A DNA stretch of 64,000 bases from an uncultured Candidatus Saccharibacteria bacterium (GCA_964536485.1 CAZHXX010000007.1:1937-65936); one strand, 5' to 3'; shown: positions 1 through 10,568, counted from the first letter of the stretch. The notes: generated by a model not told the origin, from the letters alone. Numbers and translations are program-made.

Positions 1-2
1 GT

Positions 3-605
3 GTGGCTACTTTCATGTTTGTGTTTTCTGTGTTTGCAAGCAGGGCACTCATAAGCCAGAGTTTGTATCATGGGCGTGTTATTCGCGAGAAAGAGCTTGC
101 GTTGCGCCTGTTGAAAGAGAATGAGACCACAGTGGCCGATCTGAAGAAGTCTTATGACGCGTTCCAGTCTGCAGACAAGAATATCTTGGGAGGGAACCCA
201 GCTGGCACAGGTGAACTCGATGGCAATAACGCCAAGATAGTGTTGGACGCGCTTCCTAGTAAGTACGATTTCCCGGCATTGTCGAGCAGTATAGAAAAGA
301 TTTTACGCGATGGTGGGTATGAGATTGTCTCTATTGGAGGTATCGAAGATAGCGCGCTTGCCGAGTCAAGCACGACGGCAAGTGGAACTGTTGCGCCAGT
401 TGAGATGCCGTACCAGTTTGCGGTGAATGCAGATACTGAGGGAATTAAGCGACTTCTGCAGACGCTTGAAAAATCTATTCGTCCTATTTATGTTGATTCT
501 ATTCAGGTGCAGTCTGGAGAAACTGTTTTGCAAGCGCAGGTTAATCTGAGAACATTCTTTACCCAGCCAAAGACATTCCAGCTTGGTAGTCAGGAGGTGC
601 AGTAA
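3..605 (+). CDS. type IV pilus assembly protein, PilO-like (5' end cut by window edge)
   Basis: ORF open to window start. Hydrophobic N-terminal segment followed by a coiled-coil-like region. Lies directly upstream of pilB-pilT-pilC. Confidence 0.4.
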   Translation: MATFMFVFSVFASRALISQSLYHGRVIREKELALRLLKENETTVADLKKSYDAFQSADKNILGGNPAGTGELDGNNAKIVLDALPSKYDFPALSSSIEKILRDGGYEIVSIGGIEDSALAESSTTASGTVAPVEMPYQFAVNADTEGIKRLLQTLEKSIRPIYVDSIQVQSGETVLQAQVNLRTFFTQPKTFQLGSQEVQ

Positions 606-850
606 TGAAGAAGAAAGATATTAGTATTATTGTGACGGTTGCGCTTGGAAGTGCAGTGTTTTCTTTTGTATTATCTGGACTCTTATTTTCTTCTAAGAAA
701 GACCGCTCCCAGACCGTTGAAGTTGTAGAGCAAATTAGCACTGAATTTAAGACTCCAGATCCTACCTACTTCAATCGAGAATCAAAGAATCCATCACAAA
801 ATATTCAGATTGGGACAGACCAGAATAGCAATCCATTTGGATCACAATAG
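605..850 (+). CDS. small membrane-anchored protein of the pilus operon
   Basis: 81-aa ORF with one N-terminal TM helix (IIVTVALGSAVFSFVLSGLLF). ATGA-type overlap with the upstream stop. Confidence 0.5.
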   Translation: MKKKDISIIVTVALGSAVFSFVLSGLLFSSKKDRSQTVEVVEQISTEFKTPDPTYFNRESKNPSQNIQIGTDQNSNPFGSQ

Positions 851-863
851 GGGCATAGAAACT

Positions 864-2645
864 ATGAGCGTGTTGTCCGTTGCTACCCAAAAACTTGTCG
901 AAAAAGCGATTGTTGAGCAGGGTGTATTGACACCTGAAAAGATGCTTGAAGCACGAGGACGAGCTGAGCAAAAAAATAGTCCACTTTTTAGCACAATGGT
1001 TACGGATGGGTATATTACCAATGAAGTTTTGACGAAGATGATTGCTAGTGTGACAAAGATGCCATACGTTAATTTGTCGAGCGCGATCATTGATCCAAAA
1101 CTACTATCTACGTTGCCAAAAGACATTGCCGAGCGTTATATGGCGGTTCCTCTGGGAGAAATGAACAACCGCCTTGTTGTTGCGATGCTTGATGCTGACA
1201 ATGTCCAGGCAGTAGACTTTCTGAGCAATAAAATAGGACGGCCACTAAAGGTTTATGCTGCCAGTGAAGAGGGGATTCGCAACGTCTTACAGCAATACAA
1301 GGATGATATATCACAGGACGTGACTAGTGCACTTGATTCGCAAATAAAAGAGCAACTGGCCGAAGACGAAGCGAAGGAGCAACGTGATGTAAAGGTTATC
1401 AAGAATGACTCTCCGATTAGTAAGGCACTCTCGTCTATTTTGGAGTATGCGGCGGCTAATAAAGCGAGTGATATTCATATTGAGCCTCTTGAAAAGATGT
1501 TGAAAATTCGTGCCCGCGTTGATGGCGTGTTACGAGAAGTTATGCAACTTCCTAAATCAACCGAGGCACCACTGGTTTCTCGTATAAAGATTTTGTCTAA
1601 CCTGAAGATAGATGAACATCGTGTGCCACAGGATGGTCAGTTTTCGATTGCACTTGGAAAGTCGGCAATAGATTTACGTATTGCTATCTCTCCGGTGGTA
1701 TGGGGGGAGCAAGTGGTTATTCGTTTGCTAGATAAGTCCGGGACCTCTCTTATGCTGGAAGACATGGGTTATGTGGGAAGAGCACTGCACACTATCCGCC
1801 GTGGATTAAAGCGACCAAACGGTATGATACTGACGTCTGGGCCGACCGGGTCAGGAAAATCTACCTCGCTTTACGCACTCCTGCAAGAGATTAAGAGCGA
1901 TGAAATAAACATCGTTACTCTTGAAGATCCTGTTGAGTATAAGATGGCCGGTATTAACCAGATTCAGGTTAACGCTGAAGTTGGGCTAACATTTGCCTCT
2001 GGTTTGCGTTCTATTTTGCGCCAGGACCCTGACGTCGTGATGGTGGGAGAAATCCGAGACAAAGAAACAGCGACGCTGGCGGTACAGGCTGCGCTTACGG
2101 GACACTTAGTGTTTAGCACCCTTCACACCAATTCGGCGGCAGGTATCTTGCCTCGTCTGCTTGATATGGGTATTGAGCCATTTTTGATTGCGAGTACAGT
2201 ACACACGGTCATTGGGCAGCGACTGGTGCGACGAAATATTGAGGAGCGCGAGGCGTACAAATCATCACAGGCAGAAACTGACGCGATTCGACAGACGCTG
2301 GGGGCTCATTTACCGAAGACACAAGAAGAGATAGCGACAATTTCTCGGGAACTTGGCTATTCTAACTTGCCTCTTGCTAATCAAAACGCTTATACTTTGT
2401 TTAAGGGAAAGAGTAAACCCGAAAACCCAGAAGGCTACAAGGGTCGAATGGGGCTGTACGAGGTCTTTGAAATTTCAGATGCAATTCAATCGCTTATTCT
2501 AAAACGGGCGACAAGCTCTGAGATTCAGAAGGTGGCACAAGCCGAAGGCATGATAACCATGCGAGAAGATGGCTACCTGAAAGCCTTAAGTGGGATGACA
2601 ACCTTAGCAGAGATTAACAGAGTCGCTGCCGAGGGTGCAGTATAA
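864..2645 (+). CDS. pilB: type IV pilus assembly ATPase PilB (GspE family)
   Basis: Walker A GPTGSGKST, Asp box VMVGEIRD, His box HLVFSTLHTNSA, and an N-terminal GspE_N-like domain. ATG at 864 preferred over 810, which overlaps the upstream ORF. Confidence 0.9.
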   Translation: MSVLSVATQKLVEKAIVEQGVLTPEKMLEARGRAEQKNSPLFSTMVTDGYITNEVLTKMIASVTKMPYVNLSSAIIDPKLLSTLPKDIAERYMAVPLGEMNNRLVVAMLDADNVQAVDFLSNKIGRPLKVYAASEEGIRNVLQQYKDDISQDVTSALDSQIKEQLAEDEAKEQRDVKVIKNDSPISKALSSILEYAAANKASDIHIEPLEKMLKIRARVDGVLREVMQLPKSTEAPLVSRIKILSNLKIDEHRVPQDGQFSIALGKSAIDLRIAISPVVWGEQVVIRLLDKSGTSLMLEDMGYVGRALHTIRRGLKRPNGMILTSGPTGSGKSTSLYALLQEIKSDEINIVTLEDPVEYKMAGINQIQVNAEVGLTFASGLRSILRQDPDVVMVGEIRDKETATLAVQAALTGHLVFSTLHTNSAAGILPRLLDMGIEPFLIASTVHTVIGQRLVRRNIEEREAYKSSQAETDAIRQTLGAHLPKTQEEIATISRELGYSNLPLANQNAYTLFKGKSKPENPEGYKGRMGLYEVFEISDAIQSLILKRATSSEIQKVAQAEGMITMREDGYLKALSGMTTLAEINRVAAEGAV

Positions 2646-2662
2646 ATAAATAGGAGACACGG

Positions 2663-3739
2663 GTGGCAACAGCAGGATCACAACCAAGAATTGAACTTCT
2701 ACTTGAAGAAGTCGTGAAGAAAAAAGCATCAGATTTGCATTTGCAAATTGGGTTGCCTCCGATGTTGCGTGTAGACGGTTCTTTGCGCCCGGTGTCTGGC
2801 GCAGATGTTTTAACCGAAGAAGCACTGGAATCTTTAGTGTTTGCGATTCTTGATGATGACCAAAAGCAAATACTGCTAAAGGACAAAGAGTTTGATTTTA
2901 GCTTTGCGTTTGGCGACCTGGGAAGATTCCGTGTGAATGCGTTCCATGAGCGAGGTAATTTGGCTGCAGCTCTGCGTCTTATACCTAACGAAATCCTCAC
3001 CCCAGAACAACTTGGCTTGCCAGAAATTGTAAAGAAATTCGCCGAGTATCCGAGAGGTCTCGTGCTAGTAACGGGACCGACAGGTTCTGGTAAGTCTACA
3101 ACGCTTGCCTCGCTGGTAGACAAAATAAATACCGAGAAGGCAACGCACATTATTACCATTGAAGACCCAATCGAGTTTACTCATAAATCAAAGAAATCGG
3201 TGCTTGTACAACGAGAAGTTCACTACGATACGTTCTCTTTTTCGGCGGCGCTTCGTAGTTCGCTACGCCAAGATCCAGATGTTGTCTTGATTGGAGAAAT
3301 GCGAGATCTTGAGACGATAGCGAGCGCGATAACGATTGCTGAAACAGGTCACCTTGTTTTTGCAACCCTTCACACCAACTCAGCGGCGCAAAGTATTGAC
3401 CGTATGATTGACGTTTTTCCTCCCCATCAACAGCCACAAATTCGTTCCCAGCTGAGCAATATATTGATGGCTATCTGTTCGCAACGCCTTATTCCTTCAA
3501 TTGGTGGCGGACGAGTAGTGGCTGCAGAAGTGCTAGTGGCTACTCCGGCTGTACGAAACATAATTCGCGAAGGCAAGACGCATCAGCTTGATGCGGTGAT
3601 TCAGACCGGTGCGGATTATGGCATGCAGTCTATGGATAAAACGCTTGTGTCACTTATACACTCTGGCACTATTAGCTATGACGAAGCTCGTAACTACGCA
3701 GTTGATATTGAAGAGCTCGATAGATTGATGAGAGGATAA
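2663..3739 (+). CDS. pilT: twitching-motility retraction ATPase PilT
   Basis: GTG start. ASDLHLQIGLPPMLRVDG, GPTGSGKSTT, LIGEMRD and HLVFATLHTNSA motifs. PilT-like length of 358 aa. Confidence 0.9.
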   Translation: MATAGSQPRIELLLEEVVKKKASDLHLQIGLPPMLRVDGSLRPVSGADVLTEEALESLVFAILDDDQKQILLKDKEFDFSFAFGDLGRFRVNAFHERGNLAAALRLIPNEILTPEQLGLPEIVKKFAEYPRGLVLVTGPTGSGKSTTLASLVDKINTEKATHIITIEDPIEFTHKSKKSVLVQREVHYDTFSFSAALRSSLRQDPDVVLIGEMRDLETIASAITIAETGHLVFATLHTNSAAQSIDRMIDVFPPHQQPQIRSQLSNILMAICSQRLIPSIGGGRVVAAEVLVATPAVRNIIREGKTHQLDAVIQTGADYGMQSMDKTLVSLIHSGTISYDEARNYAVDIEELDRLMRG

Positions 3740-3744
3740 CGACA

Positions 3745-4959
3745 ATGGTGATGTTTTCTTATGTAGCACGAGACCCAGCGACAGGGAAGAAGGTCGAAGG
3801 TGCTTTGCAGGCAGAAGACGAAAAGACCGTAGCCAAGATATTGAAGCAACAAGGATATGCACTTTTAGAGGCATCCGTACAGGAAGATACTAACCCACTG
3901 GCTGCGCTTATGGGACGAGTGAAAGGAAAAGATAAGGTCATCTTTTCGCGTCAGCTCTCAACACTCATAAATGCAGGACTTCCTCTCGTGCAAAGTTTGC
4001 GCTCAGTATTGAGTCAGACAACAAACAAGCGTATGCAAAGTATTTTAACTGATGTGATTGGAAGCGTAGAGGGGGGGAAGTCTTTTTCCGATAGTCTTGC
4101 TGAGCATCCCAAGGTGTTTGACCAAATCTTCGTGAGCCTTGTTTCTGCGGGAGAAGCTTCCGGAACGCTTGATGTTGCACTTGAGCGAATCGCGAATCAG
4201 CAAGAAAAAGATAGTGAGCTTGCTGGAAAAGTAAGAGGAGCGATGATATATCCAGTTATTGTGGTGCTGGTGATGGTTGCGGTAGTAACCTTTATGCTCG
4301 TCAGTGTGCTACCTCAAGTAGAAGAGTTGTATAGTGGTATACCGGGCGCAAGATTACCGTTTGTTACTCGTGCATTGCTCGCGCTCTCTGCTTTTATGGT
4401 GTCTTTCTGGTGGGTTATTTTAATAGTTGTTGGTGTACTCGTTTTTGCCACAACAAAATACGCGCGTACTGCAGGGGGCAAGCAAATAATCGATACGTTG
4501 AAGTTGAAGCTGTGGCCGATTGGCCCGCTCTTTACAAAAATGTATATGGCACGTTTCTCGCGGACAGGCACAACGCTTGTTTCGAGCGGGGTTCCGCTTA
4601 TACAGGTGTTGGATATTACTGCCAAAGCTATTAATAACGTCCATGTTGAAGCATCTATTCACCGCGCAACCGAAAAAGTTAAAGGCGGGCGGGCGCTCTC
4701 TGAATCGTTGATGGGCGACCCATACTTTTTAGACCTCGTACCAAATATGTTAAAGATTGGTGAGGATTCTGGTGCTCTTGAAAAGATGATGGAGAAGACA
4801 GCTGACTACTTTGAAAAAGAAGTTGATAATCAGATAAAGTCTATCTCTACTATCATTGAACCGGTACTCATGGTTATCTTGGGGGTCGTGGCTATTACGA
4901 TTGTAAGCGCGATTCTGTTGCCAATTTACGGGCTGGTTGGGCAGAACTTAGGAAAATAG
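3745..4959 (+). CDS. pilC: type IV pilus platform protein PilC (GspF family)
   Basis: 404 aa with a duplicated T2SS-F-like domain and three TM segments. Position after pilB/pilT. Confidence 0.9.
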   Translation: MVMFSYVARDPATGKKVEGALQAEDEKTVAKILKQQGYALLEASVQEDTNPLAALMGRVKGKDKVIFSRQLSTLINAGLPLVQSLRSVLSQTTNKRMQSILTDVIGSVEGGKSFSDSLAEHPKVFDQIFVSLVSAGEASGTLDVALERIANQQEKDSELAGKVRGAMIYPVIVVLVMVAVVTFMLVSVLPQVEELYSGIPGARLPFVTRALLALSAFMVSFWWVILIVVGVLVFATTKYARTAGGKQIIDTLKLKLWPIGPLFTKMYMARFSRTGTTLVSSGVPLIQVLDITAKAINNVHVEASIHRATEKVKGGRALSESLMGDPYFLDLVPNMLKIGEDSGALEKMMEKTADYFEKEVDNQIKSISTIIEPVLMVILGVVAITIVSAILLPIYGLVGQNLGK

Positions 4960-5059
4960 TATCTAGAAAGAGTTTGTCATAACGCTTGCGCTTTTGAAAA
5001 AATAAGCTTAAGATGTAGTGGTAAAAACACTAACATTCGCACGCATTAAGGGGGAAAGA

Positions 5060-5560
5060 ATGTCTAGAATAAAAACAATATTAAAAAAAAGTTCGCAAGG
5101 GTTCACGATTATTGAAGTAATGATCGTGCTTGCTATTGCTGGACTGATATTGGGAGTCGTGCTTGTCGCCATTCCACAATTGCAAAAAAACCAGCGAAAC
5201 GAGTCGCGTAAAAGCGTCCTCGCGCGTATTTCAGCAGAAGTCGATAACTACATTGGCAACAATGAAGGTGTGGTGCCAACTGCTGGTACGAACGCTACAA
5301 CAGGGTTCACGACAGGATTTAAGACTCGTTACATAAATACAGCTACTGGTAAGACCTTTGACAAGCCAGGTGGTGGTGCATACGTTTATGAAGATTTTAG
5401 TGCTAGCGCAACTTCTATCGTAAAAGACCACATTGCCTATAAGGCAGGTGGAAAGTGCGTTGGTGAGTTACCAAGTGGTACTGGTGCAAGCGCAACACGA
5501 AACTTTGCGATTGCAGTTGGTCTTGAAGGTGGGTCTTCCTACTGCGTTGACAATGAATAA
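5060..5560 (+). CDS. major type IV pilin (prepilin)
   Basis: Class III signal ...SSQG|FTIIEVMIVLAIAGLILGVVL with Glu5. GGGGGAAAGA RBS lies before the ATG at 5060. A strong terminator follows the gene. Confidence 0.8.
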   Translation: MSRIKTILKKSSQGFTIIEVMIVLAIAGLILGVVLVAIPQLQKNQRNESRKSVLARISAEVDNYIGNNEGVVPTAGTNATTGFTTGFKTRYINTATGKTFDKPGGGAYVYEDFSASATSIVKDHIAYKAGGKCVGELPSGTGASATRNFAIAVGLEGGSSYCVDNE

Positions 5561-5584
5561 CTAGCATATTTCTTAAGAAATTTT

Positions 5585-5635
5585 AAGGAGCCTGTTGATT
5601 CGTCATGAAACACTAGGCTCCTTTTGCTTTGTTTG
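5585..5635 (+). terminator. intrinsic terminator after the pilin gene
   Basis: AAGGAGCCT (5585-5593) pairs with AGGCTCCTT (5615-5623), followed by a T-rich tract. Confidence 0.55.
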
Positions 5636-5649
5636 TTACCATTAGAGTA

Positions 5650-6456
5650 ATGGAAGCGCTATTCACTGGATATCTGTTTTTTCTTGGGCTTATTTTTGGG
5701 AGTTTTGCCTTAGTTCTTGCAGACAGAATGAAACAAAAGCGCGACTGGGTGAGGGGGCGATCTGCCTGCGAGTTTTGCAAACACACCTTATCTATGCACG
5801 ATTTAGTACCTCTGTTTAGCTGGCTGTCAACAGGGGGAAAGTGTCGTTATTGTAAAAAAAAGCTCTCCTTTTCTTATCCTTTAACAGAGCTAGGGCTCGG
5901 TCTTGCATTTGCGGGGAGTTATGTATGGTGGCCTCGTGATTTTGATGGAGCGGGACGCTTGTTGTTCGCTACGTGGTTGTTAGCGCTGGTTGTCGCTACG
6001 GCATTATTCGTCTATGATCTTCGTTGGTATTTGCTGCCAAATAAACTGGTGTATCCGCTTATCGCTATCGCCAGCTTTCACCGTGCAGTAGTAATTGCTT
6101 CTAACGGAGTAGGTATGTCAAAAGATATGCTTGCTGTAGGGCTTTCTGTGCTGGTCGGTGCGGGAGTTTTTTATGTGTTGCATGAATATTCTAAAGGCAA
6201 ATGGATTGGAGATGGTGACGTACGGCTTGGTGTGGCGATGGGTCTGTTTTTGCCTGGTCCGTTTGAAGCTTGGTTTGCTATCTGTGTTGCCTCAATAATT
6301 GGGATTATTATTGCGTTGCCAAAGCTGATTCAATCGCGTAAAAATCTCAAGATGAAACTGCCTTTTGGTCCTCTGCTTTTGGTGGGACTATACGTTGCTT
6401 ATTTATTCGCCGAACCCGTGCTTCACTGGTACACTACGACATTTCTCTATCTCTAG
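5650..6456 (+). CDS. pilD: prepilin peptidase / N-methyltransferase PilD (A24 family)
   Basis: CEFC...CRYC zinc motif, GDGDVRLG active-site Asp region, multi-TM. ATG at 5650 preferred because the TTG at 5629 lies inside the terminator. Confidence 0.85.
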   Translation: MEALFTGYLFFLGLIFGSFALVLADRMKQKRDWVRGRSACEFCKHTLSMHDLVPLFSWLSTGGKCRYCKKKLSFSYPLTELGLGLAFAGSYVWWPRDFDGAGRLLFATWLLALVVATALFVYDLRWYLLPNKLVYPLIAIASFHRAVVIASNGVGMSKDMLAVGLSVLVGAGVFYVLHEYSKGKWIGDGDVRLGVAMGLFLPGPFEAWFAICVASIIGIIIALPKLIQSRKNLKMKLPFGPLLLVGLYVAYLFAEPVLHWYTTTFLYL

Positions 6457-6498
6457 AAATACAGAGGTTAAAAATAATGCTTATGGTATACTGAGTCT

Positions 6499-7341
6499 AT
6501 GAAAGTGAGTGGTGGTTATACAATCATCGAGGTTATGGTTGTGATAGGAATTTCTGCTGTCATATTTTTCTCTGCTATGACTGCTATTGGCGGTCGTCAA
6601 GAGTCAGTACAATTTTCTCAGGCTGTCCGTGAATTTGACGCAAAGATGAGAGATATTATGAATGACGTCACGACTGGCTACTTTCCTACAAACAGCACTA
6701 TTACTTGCACTCTTTTAGCGGGCACTCCCCAGATTAGCGTTGATAATGATGCGAAGTTGGGTACTAATAACAACTGTATCTTTATAGGGAAGGCAATACA
6801 ATTTTTGCCAGATGGCGTAGGTGAGAGAATGGACATCTATTCTTTGGCTGGATTGCGCTATCAAGATAACGACCAAACACCAACTACTACGATCGCAAAA
6901 GCTCAGCCAGTTCCGTTGGCTCGTCCTGGTGATGATCCAAATTTTAAGGATGCGACCGAGAGCTACCAGCTCCTCTATGGCTTACGAGTAAAAAAGGTAA
7001 TAAAGCCTCTTGGCACAACTCCTCCTGAGTACGGAAGCGTTGGAATTATTAGTAATTTTGGTGCAGCGGGAGTGTCTGAGGCACAGAGCCTGCAGATTGG
7101 GGGCATAATTGGTTCGCAGACTGGGGCAAATGAATCGACGACGCTTCGTATTCTTGATGCGCTGACTGACGACCCGGCACGATCTCGTAATGACGGCTAT
7201 ATAGACAAAAATACTGCCGAAGGACTTGTTATCTGCCTTGAAAATCAAACAGGTAAAAAGGCATCCGTAACTTTTGGTGCTAAGGGTTCTTCAACAACAA
7301 AGCTAGACATAGATTCATACGATAGGAAGTGCGACATATGA
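6499..7341 (+). CDS. minor pilin-like protein
   Basis: Prepilin signal VSGG|YTIIEVMVVIGISAVIFF. Confidence 0.7.
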   Translation: MKVSGGYTIIEVMVVIGISAVIFFSAMTAIGGRQESVQFSQAVREFDAKMRDIMNDVTTGYFPTNSTITCTLLAGTPQISVDNDAKLGTNNNCIFIGKAIQFLPDGVGERMDIYSLAGLRYQDNDQTPTTTIAKAQPVPLARPGDDPNFKDATESYQLLYGLRVKKVIKPLGTTPPEYGSVGIISNFGAAGVSEAQSLQIGGIIGSQTGANESTTLRILDALTDDPARSRNDGYIDKNTAEGLVICLENQTGKKASVTFGAKGSSTTKLDIDSYDRKCDI

Positions 7342-7802
7342 GAAAGTTACAGCGTGGCGACACTATTATTGAGGTAATGCTCGCGATGTCAATTATTGGT
7401 ATTGTGCTTGGTGCTGCATTTGGCATAGCAAACCGTAGCGTGAGCGTGGGACAAGATGCGCAGGAAAGAACTGAGGCGTTAAAGCTTGCGGAAACACAGC
7501 TTGAAATTTTTAAAACACAGTTTGTGAAGTCTAGTATTGTGCGTGCTCGTAATGAACTGCAACCTTTTTGCTTTGATGCGACTACGACGCCACCTACGCT
7601 TCATGATTCTACTGACGATCAGTGCGATAAGGTGGACGCAACAAGTGCAGACGGTATCTACTCGATAAAGATTCTTCCGCCATCACGGTTTGGCGCCACT
7701 GGAAGTTACACAATAGAGGTTCATTGGGAACGACTCGGTGCTACCGCTACAGAAAATGCAGAGAATAAACTGATCTTGTACTACAAGCCGGGGACTGTAT
7801 GA
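7329..7802 (+). CDS. minor pilin-like protein
   Basis: Prepilin-like signal LQRG|DTIIEVMLAMSIIGIVLG, with an unusual Asp at +1. Confidence 0.65.
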   Translation: MRHMRKLQRGDTIIEVMLAMSIIGIVLGAAFGIANRSVSVGQDAQERTEALKLAETQLEIFKTQFVKSSIVRARNELQPFCFDATTTPPTLHDSTDDQCDKVDATSADGIYSIKILPPSRFGATGSYTIEVHWERLGATATENAENKLILYYKPGTV

Positions 7803-8455
7803 GCAGGCAACATAAGAACGGGTTTACTATTATTGAGCTGATGATAGCGACAACAGTATTTTCGCTTGTTTTGATGGTGTGTCTCGGCGGGATTATGCAG
7901 ATAACAAAAATGTATTACCGTGCGGTGACGCAAACCAAAACAAGAGAAGCTACTCGTTCAGTGGTAGATGAAATTGCTGAAGCGATTCGTTTTTCGAACC
8001 AAGATATCATACTTGCCCCAGGAGTCGCCGGCCCGCAAATTGCTGTGGGTAATACGACGACAAGCTATATCTGTATCGGTCAGCGACGATATACGTATGC
8101 TATAGACAGGCAAGTGAAAAGCTCGCCACAGGCAAATACGAAACAACAGCGACATGCGCTTTGGCTTGACCAGCCAACAACATGTAACGGGGCAAGTGAC
8201 CTGACCCAGGTATCCCCGAGCGCGGACGGTAAAAGCTTGTTGGGCGAGAACATGCGTCTCTACGAATTCAGCGTGAAATTGGTTGACCCAGTTGAACGTA
8301 TTTATGAAATACGTGTTGGAGTGGCATATGGAGATGAAGATTTGTTGCGGGTAAAAACAACTGATGCACGTCAGCTGACCTGCGAAGGAGCTTTTGTCGG
8401 AGTAGAGTTCTGCGCCACGACAAACTTCTTGGTAACGGTGCAAAAGAGGCTATAA
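7799..8455 (+). CDS. minor pilin-like protein
   Basis: Prepilin signal HKNG|FTIIELMIATTVFSLVL. 4-nt overlap with the upstream gene. Confidence 0.7.
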   Translation: MSRQHKNGFTIIELMIATTVFSLVLMVCLGGIMQITKMYYRAVTQTKTREATRSVVDEIAEAIRFSNQDIILAPGVAGPQIAVGNTTTSYICIGQRRYTYAIDRQVKSSPQANTKQQRHALWLDQPTTCNGASDLTQVSPSADGKSLLGENMRLYEFSVKLVDPVERIYEIRVGVAYGDEDLLRVKTTDARQLTCEGAFVGVEFCATTNFLVTVQKRL

Positions 8456-8456
8456 T

Positions 8457-9476
8457 ATGCTTATGACAAAACGTACCCACACGCAAGAACAAGGCTTCAT
8501 CGCTATTGTTGTGGCTGCTCTTATCATGGTTATTTTGTCGCTCATTACGATTGGCTTTACACGTATGATGCAACGAGAACAGCAACAAGCGCTAGACAGG
8601 CAACTGACACGACAGGCACTTTATGCTGCGGAGTCGGGTATTAATGATGTCTATGAAGGCTTGCGCCAAGGCACACTAACAGAGATAGAAAAAACAGATT
8701 GTGATGTTGGAGACCTCCCAAATGATGGGGTTATTAGTGATAGCACCAATATTGCTTACACTTGCGCTTTGTATGACAAAACACCAGCTCAGCTTGCGTA
8801 CAGCATTAGCACGTCCGATTCTAAGATATCTCCTCTGATAACAGAGAGTGGTCGCAACTTCTCGACGATAACTATTCAGTGGGGGCAAGAAAAAGGACTC
8901 AACAATGTCGCAACGCTTCCTGATTGTGGCTCGGCAGGGATTTTCCCGCGTTCTCGTGCAGGGAATGTGCCACTTTTGAAGGTAGATTTTACTAACACGT
9001 CGACACTGAGCAGAGATAGCCTTATTAACTCTACTGACTATCTCTATGTTTCTCCCTGCAAAGGAGCTGGTACTACTACTTATCGCTACGTTGGGGGAGC
9101 AAAGGGGACGGTCGTAGGGGTGAGTTGCAACGCAAGCGCAACGCTTCCATGTTCGCTGACTATTAATGGGCTCGCATCAAATCGTTACGTTGCCCGAATA
9201 CACAGTGTCTATGACAGCTCGCAGGTAGTCATCGATGGTTCTGAGCAGTTGGGCGGGGGTGCCACAGGCCCTGTAGAGTTTGCTCAATCACAGACAAGCA
9301 TTGACGTGACCGCTCGGGCAACCGATGTCGTGAGAAGATTGCGCGTGTCTATCCCTCTTGGCCAGCCAGATAACCCACCTGAGTCGGTGTTTCAGTCTTT
9401 TGACGGCGTATGTAAGCTTTTGTCTATAGACACAGTAAGCTCTCCAGCACGCATTACCGACGACTGTACGTACTAA
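8457..9476 (+). CDS. PilX-like minor pilin / pilus tip-associated protein
   Basis: N-terminus QEQGFIAIVVAALIMVILSLITIGF...ALYAAESG resembles a PilX_N-type hydrophobic segment, with no Glu5. Confidence 0.55.
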   Translation: MLMTKRTHTQEQGFIAIVVAALIMVILSLITIGFTRMMQREQQQALDRQLTRQALYAAESGINDVYEGLRQGTLTEIEKTDCDVGDLPNDGVISDSTNIAYTCALYDKTPAQLAYSISTSDSKISPLITESGRNFSTITIQWGQEKGLNNVATLPDCGSAGIFPRSRAGNVPLLKVDFTNTSTLSRDSLINSTDYLYVSPCKGAGTTTYRYVGGAKGTVVGVSCNASATLPCSLTINGLASNRYVARIHSVYDSSQVVIDGSEQLGGGATGPVEFAQSQTSIDVTARATDVVRRLRVSIPLGQPDNPPESVFQSFDGVCKLLSIDTVSSPARITDDCTY

Positions 9477-9485
9477 GAAGCGCGA

Positions 9486-10418
9486 CTACTGCGAGGTATC
9501 GGGCTCTTCGTGTGAGCGATGAAATTTTTGGTGTACCGCTTTGAGATGTGGGTCGGTAACGTGCGTATATATTTGGGTTGTCGATATGTTGCTATGGCCA
9601 AGCATTGCTTGCACCGAACGTAAGTCTGCGCCGTTCATAAGTAAATCTGTGGCAAAGCTATGGCGAAGGGTGTGCGGACTGGCATGTTTTGTGATCCCGG
9701 CAAGGAGGGCGTAGCGCGCAACCAGGCGTTGGACACTGCGCGCGGTGAGGCGGTAGTAATTGCCGGAAACTGAAACTTGCTTCGTGCCACTATAACGAAT
9801 GAAGAGAGGGGCACTATTGTCTTGCCGTTTATCGAGGTACTGCTGGACCCACCAGGCCGCAGCGTCGCTTATAAAGATAGGCCTGTCTTTTTGCCCCTTA
9901 CCGCGCACCATGAATTCTTTACGTTTGAGGTTGATGTGGTCTTTGTTCAAGCCCACAAGCTCTGATACACGTAAGCCACTAGAGAAGAGAAGCTCTAAGA
10001 TCGCGCGGTCGCGAAGCCCCTGCAAGGTCTCTAGCTTTGGTCCTGCAAAGAGTCGCTCAAGCTCTTCTTGGTTGAGGAAAGTTACTTGTTTGCGGGTGGC
10101 TTTAGCAAGCTCTATTTTGTCTGCAGAGATAACTTGCATGTCACGTTTGGTACAGAATTTTACAAAACTACGGAGTGCTATGAGGTGATAGTTGAGGGTA
10201 TTTTTTTGTAGCTCATCCGAAGTATTTGTCCCAAGCCGGTTGAGCCAGAGACGCCATTTTCTGATAAGCTCGGCGTCTATGTCAGTGACTTGTATATCAC
10301 CTGCAAAGTCTATGAGACGAGTGAGGTAGTGGTCGTAGTTCTGGATGGTTTTTTGGGAACGACCTTGTTCTATTTCGAGATATTCTAGAAAATCTGTTTT
10401 TGTTTTTGAAAAGAGCAT
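9486..10418 (-). CDS. tyrosine recombinase XerC/XerD family
   Basis: C-terminal catalytic region HTLRHSFATDLLMNGADLRSVQAMLGHSNISTTQIYTHV plus an N-terminal SAM-like core-binding domain. Confidence 0.85.
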   Translation of the reverse strand: MLFSKTKTDFLEYLEIEQGRSQKTIQNYDHYLTRLIDFAGDIQVTDIDAELIRKWRLWLNRLGTNTSDELQKNTLNYHLIALRSFVKFCTKRDMQVISADKIELAKATRKQVTFLNQEELERLFAGPKLETLQGLRDRAILELLFSSGLRVSELVGLNKDHINLKRKEFMVRGKGQKDRPIFISDAAAWWVQQYLDKRQDNSAPLFIRYSGTKQVSVSGNYYRLTARSVQRLVARYALLAGITKHASPHTLRHSFATDLLMNGADLRSVQAMLGHSNISTTQIYTHVTDPHLKAVHQKFHRSHEEPDTSQ

Positions 10419-10568
10419 AGATTTAGTATAGCACTGAAAGTTATGAGTGTTTTTGAAAAGAAACCCTGCGTTTCTGACTACGACTTAGGCAGAAGTGAGC
10501 AGTTTTCTCTCAAGAGTAATTTTGTTATACTGAGGGTAATTTACAAGAAAAAAGAATAGGATTATTAC

